A stretch of DNA of 64,000 nucleotides from an uncultured Candidatus Saccharibacteria bacterium (GTDB taxonomy: Bacteria > Patescibacteriota > JAUYIX01 > CAYMIK01). The translations under genes were made by a program, and so were the position numbers. Each line of letters opens with the position of its first letter. The first letter of the stretch is position 1. The notes beneath the pieces were generated by a model. The model had not been told where the DNA came from, did no database searches, and saw only the letters and a program-made list of their open reading frames with translations. The stretch spans positions 26,866 through 90,865 of the forward strand of contig CAYMIK010000002.1 of assembly GCA_964390745.1 (NCBI GenBank). The letters run 5' to 3'. Shown in pieces: positions 1 to 9,659 of the stretch.

Positions 1-1359
1 GACGGAAAACTTCACGATGCTGTTGCTGTTCTCGACGAGTCTTCCCTCACGGGCGAAAGTCTTCCTACCGAGCACACCAAGGGAGAAGAGCTCATGTCGG
101 GTGCAATAAATTCTGACAAGGCTATTACCATTACGGCAACACAAACTGCTGAAAAAAGTCAGTACCAACAAATTATCGCTTTGGTGAAAGAAGCCTCGCA
201 GTCCGAGGCGCCATTCGTTCGCTTGGCTGACCGTTACGCTGTTCCATTTACATTGGTTGCTTTTGTGATTGCAGGAATAGCCTGGGCAATTTCTGGTCAA
301 GCCCTTCGATTCGCGGAAGTTCTTGTGGTAGCTACTCCGTGTCCGCTTCTGCTGGGTGCTCCTATCGCTTTTATCTCCGGCATGAGCCGAAGTGCGAAGC
401 ATGGGGTGATTGTCAAAAATGGTTCGATCTTAGAGCGGCTCGCGCAAGTGAAAACCGCTGCCTTTGATAAAACAGGAACGCTCACTGAAGGTAAGCCAAA
501 GGTGGTCAGTGTGCATCCTGAAAAAGAATTTACTGCGGATGAAGTTCTGAAAATTGCTGCAAGTGCTGAACAATCGTCCAATCATATTCTCGCTAAGGCC
601 TTGGTGGCTGATGCAGCGAAAAAGAATGTGCAACTTATGATTGCGCACGACCTCAAAGAAGTTATCGCGCAAGGAATTTCTGCAACGCTCGATGGCAAAA
701 AAGTTTTAGTTGGTCGTGCAAAGTTTTTGAAAGATAACGGTATTGCCATTCACCAGCAAGCCGACAAGATGGGCGAAACGATTATTCATGTGGCACAAGA
801 ACATATTTATGCTGGAAGTGTTATCCTTACCGACAAGATTCGCGACAACACACATGAAACCGTTGAAAGATTATACAATCTTGGCGTAGAAAAAACGCTT
901 ATTGTAACCGGTGACGAAGAAGAAGTTGCAAAACGCATTGCCAAAGAGGCAGGAATTTCCGATGTTCGAGCAAAACTCTTACCTCAAGATAAGGTGAATG
1001 CCATCAAAGAACTCAAAGAGCGTCCGGTTCTTATGATTGGCGATGGTGTAAACGATGCACCGGTCTTGGCAGCTGCGGAAGTTGGTATGGCCATGGGAGC
1101 AAGAGGCTCTACGGCTGCAAGCGAGGTTGCTGATGTTGTTGTGCTTGTTGATGATATTTCACGGGCAGCAGAAGCGGTCAAGATAGCGAAAAATACCCTG
1201 AAAATTGCTCTTCAGAGCGTCTGGTTTGGTATTGCGCTCTCTGTGGTCCTCATGATCGTTGCGGCTACTGGAATCATTCCTGCGGTGATTGGTGCAGCGC
1301 TCCAAGAAGTAGTAGACGTTGTAGTCATTTTCAACGCTCTTCGGGCACATCTTGCCTAA
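1..1359 (+). CDS. P1B-type (heavy-metal/cation) P-type ATPase, 5'-truncated by window edge
   Basis: Frame 1 is open from nt 1 and reads DESSLTGESLP. It also has DKTGTLTEGKP (phosphorylation site), GDGVNDAP (hinge) and C-terminal TM helices. The ORF-track M at 94 is internal. Confidence 0.9.
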   Translation, partial: DGKLHDAVAVLDESSLTGESLPTEHTKGEELMSGAINSDKAITITATQTAEKSQYQQIIALVKEASQSEAPFVRLADRYAVPFTLVAFVIAGIAWAISGQALRFAEVLVVATPCPLLLGAPIAFISGMSRSAKHGVIVKNGSILERLAQVKTAAFDKTGTLTEGKPKVVSVHPEKEFTADEVLKIAASAEQSSNHILAKALVADAAKKNVQLMIAHDLKEVIAQGISATLDGKKVLVGRAKFLKDNGIAIHQQADKMGETIIHVAQEHIYAGSVILTDKIRDNTHETVERLYNLGVEKTLIVTGDEEEVAKRIAKEAGISDVRAKLLPQDKVNAIKELKERPVLMIGDGVNDAPVLAAAEVGMAMGARGSTAASEVADVVVLVDDISRAAEAVKIAKNTLKIALQSVWFGIALSVVLMIVAATGIIPAVIGAALQEVVDVVVIFNALRAHLA

Positions 1360-1372
1360 CCTCCAAAGTAGG

Positions 1373-1412
1373 AAGCGAATCAATCTTCTTGATTTATTCG
1401 CTTGTTTCTGCT
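1373..1412 (+). terminator. Candidate intrinsic terminator after the ATPase gene
   Basis: Inverted repeat aagcgaat(1373-1380)/attcgctt(1396-1403) with inner aatcaa/ttgatt pairing, followed by gtttctgct. Confidence 0.45.
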
Positions 1413-1436
1413 AGGCTCAAGGTGTAAGGAGTAACT

Positions 1437-2027
1437 ATGTACGCGCTCAAAGGTAACCAACTTTATGCGCAGAGCCTCGAAACAGTGAACTCCACCGGGT
1501 ACGCAAAGCGTCTCGCACACGGACTTATACAATCAGCAATGAAGGCAGACCCAACGCTTGCGACATATCTTGTGGAGATGAAGGCAAGAAGTGCGCATCA
1601 TGATGAAATTGCGAGGAGCAATCCTCTCGAAGCCTTCGTGCGTTATAGAAAAAGAAGTGAGTCGATGAGAAACATCGACCAATTTTTGCATGCGGTTTCA
1701 CCGCGATTTTTGCAACGACTCATTCCGTTTTTGCGAAGTCGGGGCTACGAATGTGTCCTTGGCATATTTCCTTCGGGCGCAGAATCATTGATCATGTATG
1801 GTGGAACAACGCACGAAATTCAGTTGTCGCTGTGGATTCATTTGAAAAATATTGGAAATGTCTTCATGGCTGAATCGCAGACACGAAACAAGCACGACGT
1901 GGTGAATGTCATTCATTCTATGAACACGGAACGAAAAACCAGAATAGGAGAAGGGGATCGTGCATTTGACGTGTACGAATCAGATTCGCTCAACATTCCA
2001 CGAAGATTTCGAATGTGGGATTCGTAA
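1437..2027 (+). CDS. Hypothetical protein (196 aa), no recognisable domain
   Basis: Intact ORF with GGAG-like aaggag at 1424-1429, 7 nt before the ATG. No motif recognised. Confidence 0.5.
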   Translation: MYALKGNQLYAQSLETVNSTGYAKRLAHGLIQSAMKADPTLATYLVEMKARSAHHDEIARSNPLEAFVRYRKRSESMRNIDQFLHAVSPRFLQRLIPFLRSRGYECVLGIFPSGAESLIMYGGTTHEIQLSLWIHLKNIGNVFMAESQTRNKHDVVNVIHSMNTERKTRIGEGDRAFDVYESDSLNIPRRFRMWDS

Positions 2028-2075
2028 TCTCATATCATAGCTTGCGAAAAACACTGAACCAGTTATGATGGATGC

Positions 2076-2804
2076 ATGAAAAAACCAGACAACGCTGAAC
2101 GAGTACAAAAGATTCTTTCACAAGCGGGCTTTGCTTCACGGCGAGCGGCTGAGAAGTTGATCGAAGAAGGTCGCGTGTTTGTTAATGGGCAAAAAGTTTC
2201 GTTAGGAATGAAGGCCTCACTCTCCGACGATATCCGTGTTAACGGGAAAAAGATCTCACTTACTTTTGCTACGAAGCATGTGTATTTTGCGTTTCATAAA
2301 CCGCGAGGATACATCGTTTCGGAGGTGCAGCAGGGCGATGATCCGATTATCTTTGACCTCCTCCCGAAAAGACCACGAGTTTTTGCCGTCGGGCGGCTCG
2401 ATAAAGAGTCTGAGGGATTATTGCTTCTCACAAATGATGGTGACTTTGCGCAAATGATCATGCATCCAAAGCATGAAGTAAAAAAGATCTACAACGTATT
2501 GCTCGATCGGCCACTCGCTACTGCCGACAGGAACGCCATCGAGAAGGGTATTGATATTGTTGACGAAGACCACACGAAGTATTCAACCCAAGGAACCAAG
2601 ATATTGGCTCAAAGTGGCGCTAAGAAGTTTCGGGTTGAAATTCGTATGGGAAAGTATCACATGATTCGAAAGATGTTTGGCCATTTTGGATATGCGGTTA
2701 GCCGTCTCCAGCGTGTTGCGATTGGTTCTGTGAAGTTGGGAAATCTTGCCTCGGGGAAGTTTCGTGAACTTACAGAAGAAGAGCGAAATTCACTTCGTGC
2801 GTAA
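2076..2804 (+). CDS. rluB: Pseudouridine synthase, RsuA/RluB family (S4 domain + catalytic domain)
   Basis: N-terminal S4 RNA-binding segment (ILSQAGFASRRAAEKLIEEGRVFVNGQKV). Catalytic motif GRLDKESEGLLLLTNDG with the conserved Asp. Confidence 0.85.
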   Translation: MKKPDNAERVQKILSQAGFASRRAAEKLIEEGRVFVNGQKVSLGMKASLSDDIRVNGKKISLTFATKHVYFAFHKPRGYIVSEVQQGDDPIIFDLLPKRPRVFAVGRLDKESEGLLLLTNDGDFAQMIMHPKHEVKKIYNVLLDRPLATADRNAIEKGIDIVDEDHTKYSTQGTKILAQSGAKKFRVEIRMGKYHMIRKMFGHFGYAVSRLQRVAIGSVKLGNLASGKFRELTEEERNSLRA

Positions 2805-2853
2805 CAAGCGTAGATCTCTTCGCGACCAGGCGCTTCCGAAAAGGCCCTCATTT

Positions 2854-2862
2854 TGGTATAAT
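2854..2862 (+). promoter_or_regulatory. Extended -10 element TGgTATAAT
   Basis: tggtataat at 2854-2862, 3 nt before the first ATG of the downstream ORF. It implies a leaderless or second-ATG (2889) start. Confidence 0.3.
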
Positions 2863-2864
2863 CG

Positions 2865-3557
2865 GTGCAACTATTAAACTCCACGAATATGAAATCAGTA
2901 GAAACTCATGATGACGTTCCGGAATCTGGTGCGCTTTTTATTACCATCGTAATTTGTATTTTGCTTGTCATTTTGGCCGCTGGTCTTGCCTACAATCTTG
3001 GACAGGCAAACCCATTTGTTCCAGTGCCGGTTGGTGATGTGGTGAAAGTTGAACCAACGGATCTTGCCAAGAAACTCAAGATGGACAATGCTGATGTGCA
3101 TGTTGTTTTGAATCTGAACAATGGGTACGCGAATGTTGAAATCACACCAAAGGATGGTTTTGTTATGCCCGCTGGTGCAACTATTGAAGCCTATCTTGTT
3201 GATGGTGGCACCGTGGGAGACTTTGGAACCTCGTCTGAAACCAAGGCTGATGAATTCTATGGTCAAACGCTCTCGAACGGTGATGTTGACACGTTATACG
3301 ATCAGATCCCGTACGCGCTTTCTTTCGGAAGAATCAAACGAGAAGACAAAACAAACAGATACGCAATAACATACAATGTTCAGAACACTCTGACCCCGTA
3401 TGATCAAATTGTTTTGACCCTAGAAAGCGACACGGAACGATCCGATTTTGACCCTCGTCCCGGTGCCGTGCTCTTTCGAGGTTCAATTCCCAACACGATG
3501 AAATCACAAAAAGCCTTGAATGAGGCTGACGAAGCGAGTGATGCATCACGTAAGTAG
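2865..3557 (+). CDS. Hypothetical membrane-anchored protein (single N-terminal TM helix)
   Basis: Hydrophobic segment LFITIVICILLVILAAGLAY, then a hydrophilic domain. The start may be the M at 2889. Confidence 0.55.
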   Translation: MQLLNSTNMKSVETHDDVPESGALFITIVICILLVILAAGLAYNLGQANPFVPVPVGDVVKVEPTDLAKKLKMDNADVHVVLNLNNGYANVEITPKDGFVMPAGATIEAYLVDGGTVGDFGTSSETKADEFYGQTLSNGDVDTLYDQIPYALSFGRIKREDKTNRYAITYNVQNTLTPYDQIVLTLESDTERSDFDPRPGAVLFRGSIPNTMKSQKALNEADEASDASRK

Positions 3558-3564
3558 GTAGATT

Positions 3565-4272
3565 ATGCCACTTCCCACACCCAGTCCGATGCCAGGACAA
3601 ATGCCTATTGGAAACCCACAACGTCCCGTGGGTGGTTTTGGAGGTAATCCGCTTCCGCCTGCAATGGGTGGACAGATGCAGCAAGGAATGGCGGGAGCGC
3701 AACAAAGCAGCATGTCGGGCGGAATCCAGGGAGGAATGGCAGGTCAGTATCAGCCGCAAGGTATGGCGGGGCAATCGCGCATTGACTACGCAGGGAGACA
3801 GCGAGAAATTTTGAATGCACACTTGCAGCGCCAAGGACAGGCCGCCATGAATGCTGCGTCACAGAATTCTGGCGGATTCTTCTCTAAAATTTTTGGTGGC
3901 GGTGCGGCTACTTCGGCTAGTGGTGCTTCTGCTCCACGTTCAGCTACGGCACAACAAGCACAGGAGCAAGGAGGCACAAAGCCCGGTGGACTTTTATCTA
4001 CTTTGGGATTTGGCCGTCCATCGCAAAATGCAGCGCAGACACAATCGTATGCTGCACGCAGAGGCGAAGCCTACTCCTCCTACAAAAAAGCTACGATGCA
4101 GCAATCCAAAATGCAAAAAGATATGGCATTTCGCCAACGCCAGATGGAGCGTGCAAAAAGTTCTTCCATGCAGCGATTCCATGCTTCGAAGCTTGAGAAA
4201 ATGCAGAAATCTTTTGACAAAAGCTCCAAATCGACGAAAAAGAGCTACCTCGATTACAAGTACACAAAATAG
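3565..4272 (+). CDS. Low-complexity Gly/Gln/Met-rich protein (intrinsically disordered, prion-like composition)
   Basis: Repeated GGxMxQGMAG / QGMAGQ units, then a K/Q/S-rich tail. The stop shares 1 nt with the lgt GTG start. Confidence 0.55.
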   Translation: MPLPTPSPMPGQMPIGNPQRPVGGFGGNPLPPAMGGQMQQGMAGAQQSSMSGGIQGGMAGQYQPQGMAGQSRIDYAGRQREILNAHLQRQGQAAMNAASQNSGGFFSKIFGGGAATSASGASAPRSATAQQAQEQGGTKPGGLLSTLGFGRPSQNAAQTQSYAARRGEAYSSYKKATMQQSKMQKDMAFRQRQMERAKSSSMQRFHASKLEKMQKSFDKSSKSTKKSYLDYKYTK

Positions 4273-5060
4273 TGCTTCCATACTACCAATTCACAACCTA
4301 TCATATTGGACCCGTGGTCTTGCAGGTATGGGGAACATTTGTCGCGCTGGGTTTTGGTGCTGCGCTTTGGCTGGGTTTTCGAGAAGCACCAAAACGTCGT
4401 CTCGATACGGATTATTTTCTCTCTCTGTCGCTTTGGATGGTTGTCTTTGCGCTCATCGGCGCGCGGCTTTTTTATGTTCTACTTTTTTGGGGTGACTATC
4501 AGGGCAATCTCTTGCAGGTTCTGGAGGTTTGGAATGGGGGAATGGTAGCGTATGGCGGTATTATAGGGGCTCTTGTGGCACTGTATGTCTTTCTTCGACG
4601 CCACAAGCTTCCTATTCTCGAATACCTGGATCTGGTCGCACTTGTTTTTCCTGCGGGGTATGCTATTGGACGGATCGGTTGTCACCTCATCAGGGATCAC
4701 ATGGGAAAACTTACCAATATGCCATGGGGATTCGTGATTGCACCCGGCGAAGTTCGTCACGATACGGCTCTCTATAGTATCCTCGGCGGGATAGTTTTAT
4801 TTGCGATCTTCTGGTTCAATAGAAAGAGATTTCGTACTCCGGGTGTCATCGCCCTTGCAACGGCTGGTCTGTATGCCCTCGAACGCATGATTATTGATAA
4901 TTTTCGGGCTACGGACATTACCGGCAGTGACCCAAGGTTTTATGGCTTCACTCTTTCGCAGTATATTTCTGCTTTGACTGTTCTCTTTTGCGCTGTAACA
5001 CTTTTTTATCTACTTAGACACAAATCATCCCCAGAAATACGCGAAAAGCCTCTTGATTGA
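4272..5060 (+). CDS. lgt: Prolipoprotein diacylglyceryl transferase
   Basis: EVWNGGMVAYGGIIGALV and GRIGCHL signature regions of Lgt. Multi-pass membrane protein with a GTG start. Confidence 0.8.
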   Translation: MLPYYQFTTYHIGPVVLQVWGTFVALGFGAALWLGFREAPKRRLDTDYFLSLSLWMVVFALIGARLFYVLLFWGDYQGNLLQVLEVWNGGMVAYGGIIGALVALYVFLRRHKLPILEYLDLVALVFPAGYAIGRIGCHLIRDHMGKLTNMPWGFVIAPGEVRHDTALYSILGGIVLFAIFWFNRKRFRTPGVIALATAGLYALERMIIDNFRATDITGSDPRFYGFTLSQYISALTVLFCAVTLFYLLRHKSSPEIREKPLD

Positions 5061-5087
5061 GGCAGACCGGTTCATTATAATAATTGC

Positions 5088-5858
5088 ATGAAACGAAAAA
5101 TGTTCTCCTGGCAGAATTTACTCGTAGTTCTGGGAATTCTCGTGCCCGAAGGACTCCTTTTTTGGTATGCAGACAAAGGTACTACGAGCATATTTTTGCT
5201 TGCTGGTCTGGTGTTTGGATGGAACTTTGTCTTCTTAGCCGTACGTTTTTTCGCGGTTCGTTTTATCTTCGACAAAAAAGAAAAGTTTTGGACGCATGTC
5301 CTTACCATGTTTCTTACTTCGAACTATCTTTTCTTTGGTTTTGGAACCTGGATCTTTGTTGATACGGACTCCATAACCTACCGCGTCCTGCCATTTGCCT
5401 TGCTTGCGCTCTATGCTGTGGTGTGGCTTTCGCAAAACTCTGTATTTTGGGAAGTTTTTACCTTTGTTGCGCTCGCACTCAGTATGGTGTTTTCTTGGCT
5501 CCTGGTCATTCCACTCGCGTTCTCTGGTGGGGTACTTGCAGCCATCTGCCTGTACAGCGTCTTCATTGCGGCCTACAACTGGGCCAAAATTCAAGAACTT
5601 GATATACATAACGCCCTATTTTTTGCGGCACTGACATCGCTTATTATGAGCGAAGTCAGCTGGGTGCTCCTCCTCTGGCCCATACACCTTACGAGCCTCA
5701 CAGTTATTATGTTGGGGATCTTCTTTACCTTTGGGATGCTTGTTATACGTGCGCACCACAAAAGACTGCGCTCACACCATGCGGTTTCGTACCTTGCAAC
5801 CTCGCTCTTATTTTTCGTGTTCCTTTGTATGACGAGTCAATGGAAGCCTCCCTTATAA
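5088..5858 (+). CDS. Hypothetical polytopic membrane protein
   Basis: About 8 hydrophobic helices and no catalytic motif recognised. Confidence 0.5.
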   Translation: MKRKMFSWQNLLVVLGILVPEGLLFWYADKGTTSIFLLAGLVFGWNFVFLAVRFFAVRFIFDKKEKFWTHVLTMFLTSNYLFFGFGTWIFVDTDSITYRVLPFALLALYAVVWLSQNSVFWEVFTFVALALSMVFSWLLVIPLAFSGGVLAAICLYSVFIAAYNWAKIQELDIHNALFFAALTSLIMSEVSWVLLLWPIHLTSLTVIMLGIFFTFGMLVIRAHHKRLRSHHAVSYLATSLLFFVFLCMTSQWKPPL

Positions 5859-7441
5859 AAAAAATACAACAATTTCTTGTTCACTATTCGTACCAGCTTT
5901 CTCTGGCGTTTCTTGTCATTCTGGTTTCTGTATTTGGTGCCATTGAGCTCGTTCGTGGTGGAACGCTCACGACGTTTACGGGCATCGCGATGCTCCTATT
6001 GGTTCTGGTTGTTGTTGCGGTGTGGGTGAAGAAGGGTCACGTTGAATGGATCCTGTACGCCTACGTCTTTATTCAGCCACTTACAAAATTCCAGACGATT
6101 GTCTTTGGATCAATTCGTCTGAGCTTCGTATTGTTTGGGTGCGCTATCCTTGGTTATATTTTCGTCGTTTTCAAAAAGAAATCCTGGAACGATGTAAAGC
6201 TTTCGAAACTCTTTGTTCCACAGGCGTTGTTTGTTGCTGCAGTAGTTCTCTCTACTTTGATCAATATAGCCCACGTACAAAGTTTCGAGCGAGCTGTTTT
6301 GCATCTTTCTAACCTTATCTTTGTTGTCCTTGCTTTGCAGCTTATTGATTCAGGAGAGAAGTTCTTTCGACTTGTAGCAACGTGGTACGCAAGTGTTACG
6401 CTTCTGGTTCTTTTTGGTGCGGCTGTTTCTGTCTGGAGCGAGATTACGGGGCGCACGACTTCTGAATTTGTACAAACTTCCGTTGATGGCGTGATTCGTA
6501 TTTCTTCGCTGACTCCCGATGCCGGGTATTTTGCCTCCTTGCTTCTGATCCCGATGGCACTGGGTCTTGCTCTTCTGCTGACACAAAAAATTCTCTTGAA
6601 GCGGTCGTATGCAATCTTCCTGACCTTTTTTGTCGTCATGAGCATTGCACTTATGCTCATCTCGTACTCTCGCGCAGGATTCTTGGCGATGCTCGCAGTA
6701 TTTTTCTTCCTTTTGTTTTTTGAAAAACAGTATCGGCGCTACCTTTTCTGGACAAAATTTGCTGGGCTTATCGTTGCAGGTATTATTGTTGCCGTCGTTT
6801 TGCAGCCACAATTCTTGCGCAACATGGTGCTCCGTGTCCCGAACTCAGTAATTTCTCAGCATGAGAAAATTATAATGGCTTCAGCACTGAACTTTGATAA
6901 GTCGAAAATTCTTTTTGTCGGGCAGGGGAGAGGGTTGGTTGGCGGACACGATGCTACGGCACAGGAGCTCGATCAAAACTTTGAAGACAATATTTCTTCA
7001 GATGCGATCGATGTTCGAACATTGTACTGGAATGTAGCGATAAAAATGTTTCAGAGACACCCAACTTTTGGTCTCGGATCCAATGGGTATCCATACAATT
7101 TTGAAACATACTACGGCTACTCCTACTTTGCCAAGTTGCCCAACGCGCATAATATTTACCTTGAAACGGCAGCCGAGTATGGAGTTGTGGGGCTCGCTGC
7201 CCTCGCGTATCTTGTGATTCGCGCCTTGGTACAGGTTCGAACCTTGCACTCTTTTGCAGGCGACGCGCAAAAACCATTCCTGTACGCGCTGGGTGTAGCG
7301 TTTATTGCCTCGCTCTTGCAGTTTTTCTTCCAGCCCGGTTTCAATGTCCTGAATCTTTGGCTTATTATCGCAGCTTTGAGTCTCTATGAAGTTTTACCCA
7401 AAGAAGAGCTGAAAAAAATTTCTCAAACCATTTCCAAGTAA
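5840..7441 (+). CDS. O-antigen ligase / Wzy-type polymerase family membrane protein (Wzy_C domain)
   Basis: ISYSRAGFLAMLAVFFF and NAHNIYLETAAEYGVVGL motifs are typical of the WaaL/Wzy family. The ORF-track start at 5825 is TTG; the first ATG in frame is 5840. Confidence 0.7.
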   Translation: MEASLIKKIQQFLVHYSYQLSLAFLVILVSVFGAIELVRGGTLTTFTGIAMLLLVLVVVAVWVKKGHVEWILYAYVFIQPLTKFQTIVFGSIRLSFVLFGCAILGYIFVVFKKKSWNDVKLSKLFVPQALFVAAVVLSTLINIAHVQSFERAVLHLSNLIFVVLALQLIDSGEKFFRLVATWYASVTLLVLFGAAVSVWSEITGRTTSEFVQTSVDGVIRISSLTPDAGYFASLLLIPMALGLALLLTQKILLKRSYAIFLTFFVVMSIALMLISYSRAGFLAMLAVFFFLLFFEKQYRRYLFWTKFAGLIVAGIIVAVVLQPQFLRNMVLRVPNSVISQHEKIIMASALNFDKSKILFVGQGRGLVGGHDATAQELDQNFEDNISSDAIDVRTLYWNVAIKMFQRHPTFGLGSNGYPYNFETYYGYSYFAKLPNAHNIYLETAAEYGVVGLAALAYLVIRALVQVRTLHSFAGDAQKPFLYALGVAFIASLLQFFFQPGFNVLNLWLIIAALSLYEVLPKEELKKISQTISK

Positions 7442-7453
7442 TCGGGAGGATGT

Positions 7454-8674
7454 GTGTCTGAAACCATCATTACTTCTATTAAAGAAAAATCAGAAGGACC
7501 ATACCAAAAAATGAACGATGTCGACATGAAGCGACGTTTTAAGAAGCGACGAAGAGCGTTTGCTGGCCTCTTTGTATTTATTTCACTCGTAGTAGGTTTT
7601 ATCGGCGCCTTTTTGTATGATGAATTTGGACATCCGTTTTTTGCTTCCCATGGTCTTTTGCTGGGAATGAGCAATGGTGAAACTCGCGAGCTACAACCAG
7701 TAACTGTTGTCCAAAACGATGCAACCATTGATGCAGTTTCGAAGGTGAGCCCGGCCGTAGTAAGTATTGTGGCGCAATCTGGAAACAAGCGTATTAACTT
7801 TTTTAACGGCCAAGTGGGAACAACAACAGCATCTGGCTCGGGATTTATTGTGACTAGAGATGGACTTATCGCAACCAATCGTCATGTTATTGAAGACTCA
7901 ACAAAGATTTCCGTCATAACACAAGACGGTGGAAATTATGAGGCTAAGCTTATTAGTACCGATCCGCTCAATGACTTCGCGATCATAAAAATCGATAAAA
8001 AGGACCTTCCCGTTGTTGATCTTGGGTACTCCGACGAATTGAAAGTTGGGGAGCCAGTTATCGCCATCGGAAACGCTCTTGGCTCGTACACAAACTCTGT
8101 AACGGTAGGAGTTATTAGCGGAACCAACAGGGCCATTGTGGCGCAGTCAGAAAATTCTGAATCAGATCTTGAGGGTTTGTTGCAGGTGGATGCAGCCATT
8201 AACCAAGGTAACTCTGGCGGCCCACTCGTAAACATTAAAGGACAAGTAATCGGCGTTAACACGGCTGTCGACAAATCGGGGGAAGGCATTGGTTTTGCTA
8301 TACCGATTAATGATTTGCGACCAGCGATAGAAAGCGTGATCTCACAAGGTAAGATTGTTCGGCCCATGCTGGGAGTTCGCTACGTAAACATCACGCCAGA
8401 AATTTCTGCTCTGAACAAACTTTCAGTGAACAGGGGCGCGCTCCTCGATGGTGGACAAGGTGCAGAAAGTGGCATCATCGCTGGTGGCCCCGCCGACAAA
8501 GCAGGCCTCAAAACGGGGGACATAATAGAATCGGTCAACGGGCAAGAGATTAACGAACAAAACAGTCTCACGCGTATCTTGCAAAAGTTTAAGCCAGGTG
8601 ATCAGGTGGAAATTAAGTACCTTCGCGACGGCAAAGAGGCTTCTACGAAGGCAACCCTTAAAGAGGCTTCATAG
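7454..8674 (+). CDS. htrA: HtrA/DegP-family trypsin-like serine protease with C-terminal PDZ domain
   Basis: TNRHV (His), GNSGGPL (Ser), PDZ segment GIIAGGPADKAGLKTGDIIESVNG. N-terminal TM anchor. GTG start preceded by gggagga. Confidence 0.9.
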   Translation: MSETIITSIKEKSEGPYQKMNDVDMKRRFKKRRRAFAGLFVFISLVVGFIGAFLYDEFGHPFFASHGLLLGMSNGETRELQPVTVVQNDATIDAVSKVSPAVVSIVAQSGNKRINFFNGQVGTTTASGSGFIVTRDGLIATNRHVIEDSTKISVITQDGGNYEAKLISTDPLNDFAIIKIDKKDLPVVDLGYSDELKVGEPVIAIGNALGSYTNSVTVGVISGTNRAIVAQSENSESDLEGLLQVDAAINQGNSGGPLVNIKGQVIGVNTAVDKSGEGIGFAIPINDLRPAIESVISQGKIVRPMLGVRYVNITPEISALNKLSVNRGALLDGGQGAESGIIAGGPADKAGLKTGDIIESVNGQEINEQNSLTRILQKFKPGDQVEIKYLRDGKEASTKATLKEAS

Positions 8675-8716
8675 AGCCTTTTCTTGGGAGTTGCTTGAAA
8701 CCAGAAAGCGCGTGTC

Positions 8717-8745
8717 TTGACAAAACACATAAAAAACGTTAGAGT
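8717..8745 (+). promoter_or_regulatory. Sigma70-like promoter TTGACA-17-TAGAGT
   Basis: ttgaca at 8717-8722, 17-nt spacer, tagagt at 8740-8745, about 22 nt upstream of the ATG at 8767. Confidence 0.45.
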
Positions 8746-8766
8746 TGGTTGTCAGAAAGAAACTCT

Positions 8767-9639
8767 ATGAAGCCAACACTCTTTCAAATCATCCGATCGC
8801 GCTTTGAGCACCTCGTTGTTATCTTCTTAACGGTGACGCTCATTGCGGTTATTATCACGATTGCCACGACTCCAAAATACGAAGGGCACTCGCGTATTCT
8901 TGTTATCCAAAAACAGCAATCGATCGATGCTTTTACGGCATCCAAGTCTGCTGACTACATAGCTGGCCTCTTAAATGAAGCGGTGTATTCCAAGTCATTT
9001 TTTGATTCACTCACAAAGCGCGACACGGGCCTTGCGTCACATTTTAGCAGTGACCCCGATAAGCGTTCGAAAGAATGGGCAAAGATGGTGGACTCGCGCG
9101 TGGATTCTGGAAAAGGCATCCTTGAAGTAAAGGTGTACGATGCGGACTCGAAACAAGCACAGCATGTTACTGATCTTATCGTTGCTACTCTCGTAAGTGA
9201 TGGTGCAAGCTATTACGGAGGGAGCTCGGATATTTCGATGCGTGTTATTGACGCTCCATCGGTTTCCACAAAACCGGCTCGACCATCGTTTGTATTAAAC
9301 ATCGGTGGCGGTATTTTGGTTGGCCTTGCACTTGACCTTGTGTACATTTTTATTATCGATTTGAGTTTGGCTCGAAAATTGGAAGAACGAGAGTACAATG
9401 GCCGACTTCATGAAGAAAACGAAATTCCACAAGACATTGAATTCTTGGCAGACGGTCATGTAGCCGCACAGCCGACACAACATGTTGTTTCGGAAAACTT
9501 TGAAGCACTTACTTCCCTGAAGCCATTTGCTTCAGAAGATCAGCCAATGCAAACTCCGCCTCAAGCACAAACTGTTCGTGAGGTACCTTTGCCGGATGAC
9601 GCTGCTTCGAATATTCAAAATTGGATGCGAAAAGAATAA
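8767..9639 (+). CDS. Wzz/CapA-like polysaccharide chain-length determinant (polysaccharide co-polymerase), no kinase domain
   Basis: N-terminal TM + PKYEGHSRILV Wzz signature and a C-terminal TM (LNIGGGILVGLALDLVYIFII). No Walker motifs. The ORF-track start at 8749 is TTG. Confidence 0.7.
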   Translation: MKPTLFQIIRSRFEHLVVIFLTVTLIAVIITIATTPKYEGHSRILVIQKQQSIDAFTASKSADYIAGLLNEAVYSKSFFDSLTKRDTGLASHFSSDPDKRSKEWAKMVDSRVDSGKGILEVKVYDADSKQAQHVTDLIVATLVSDGASYYGGSSDISMRVIDAPSVSTKPARPSFVLNIGGGILVGLALDLVYIFIIDLSLARKLEEREYNGRLHEENEIPQDIEFLADGHVAAQPTQHVVSENFEALTSLKPFASEDQPMQTPPQAQTVREVPLPDDAASNIQNWMRKE

Positions 9640-9659
9640 GTTGTTCGCGCAGAAGAAGC

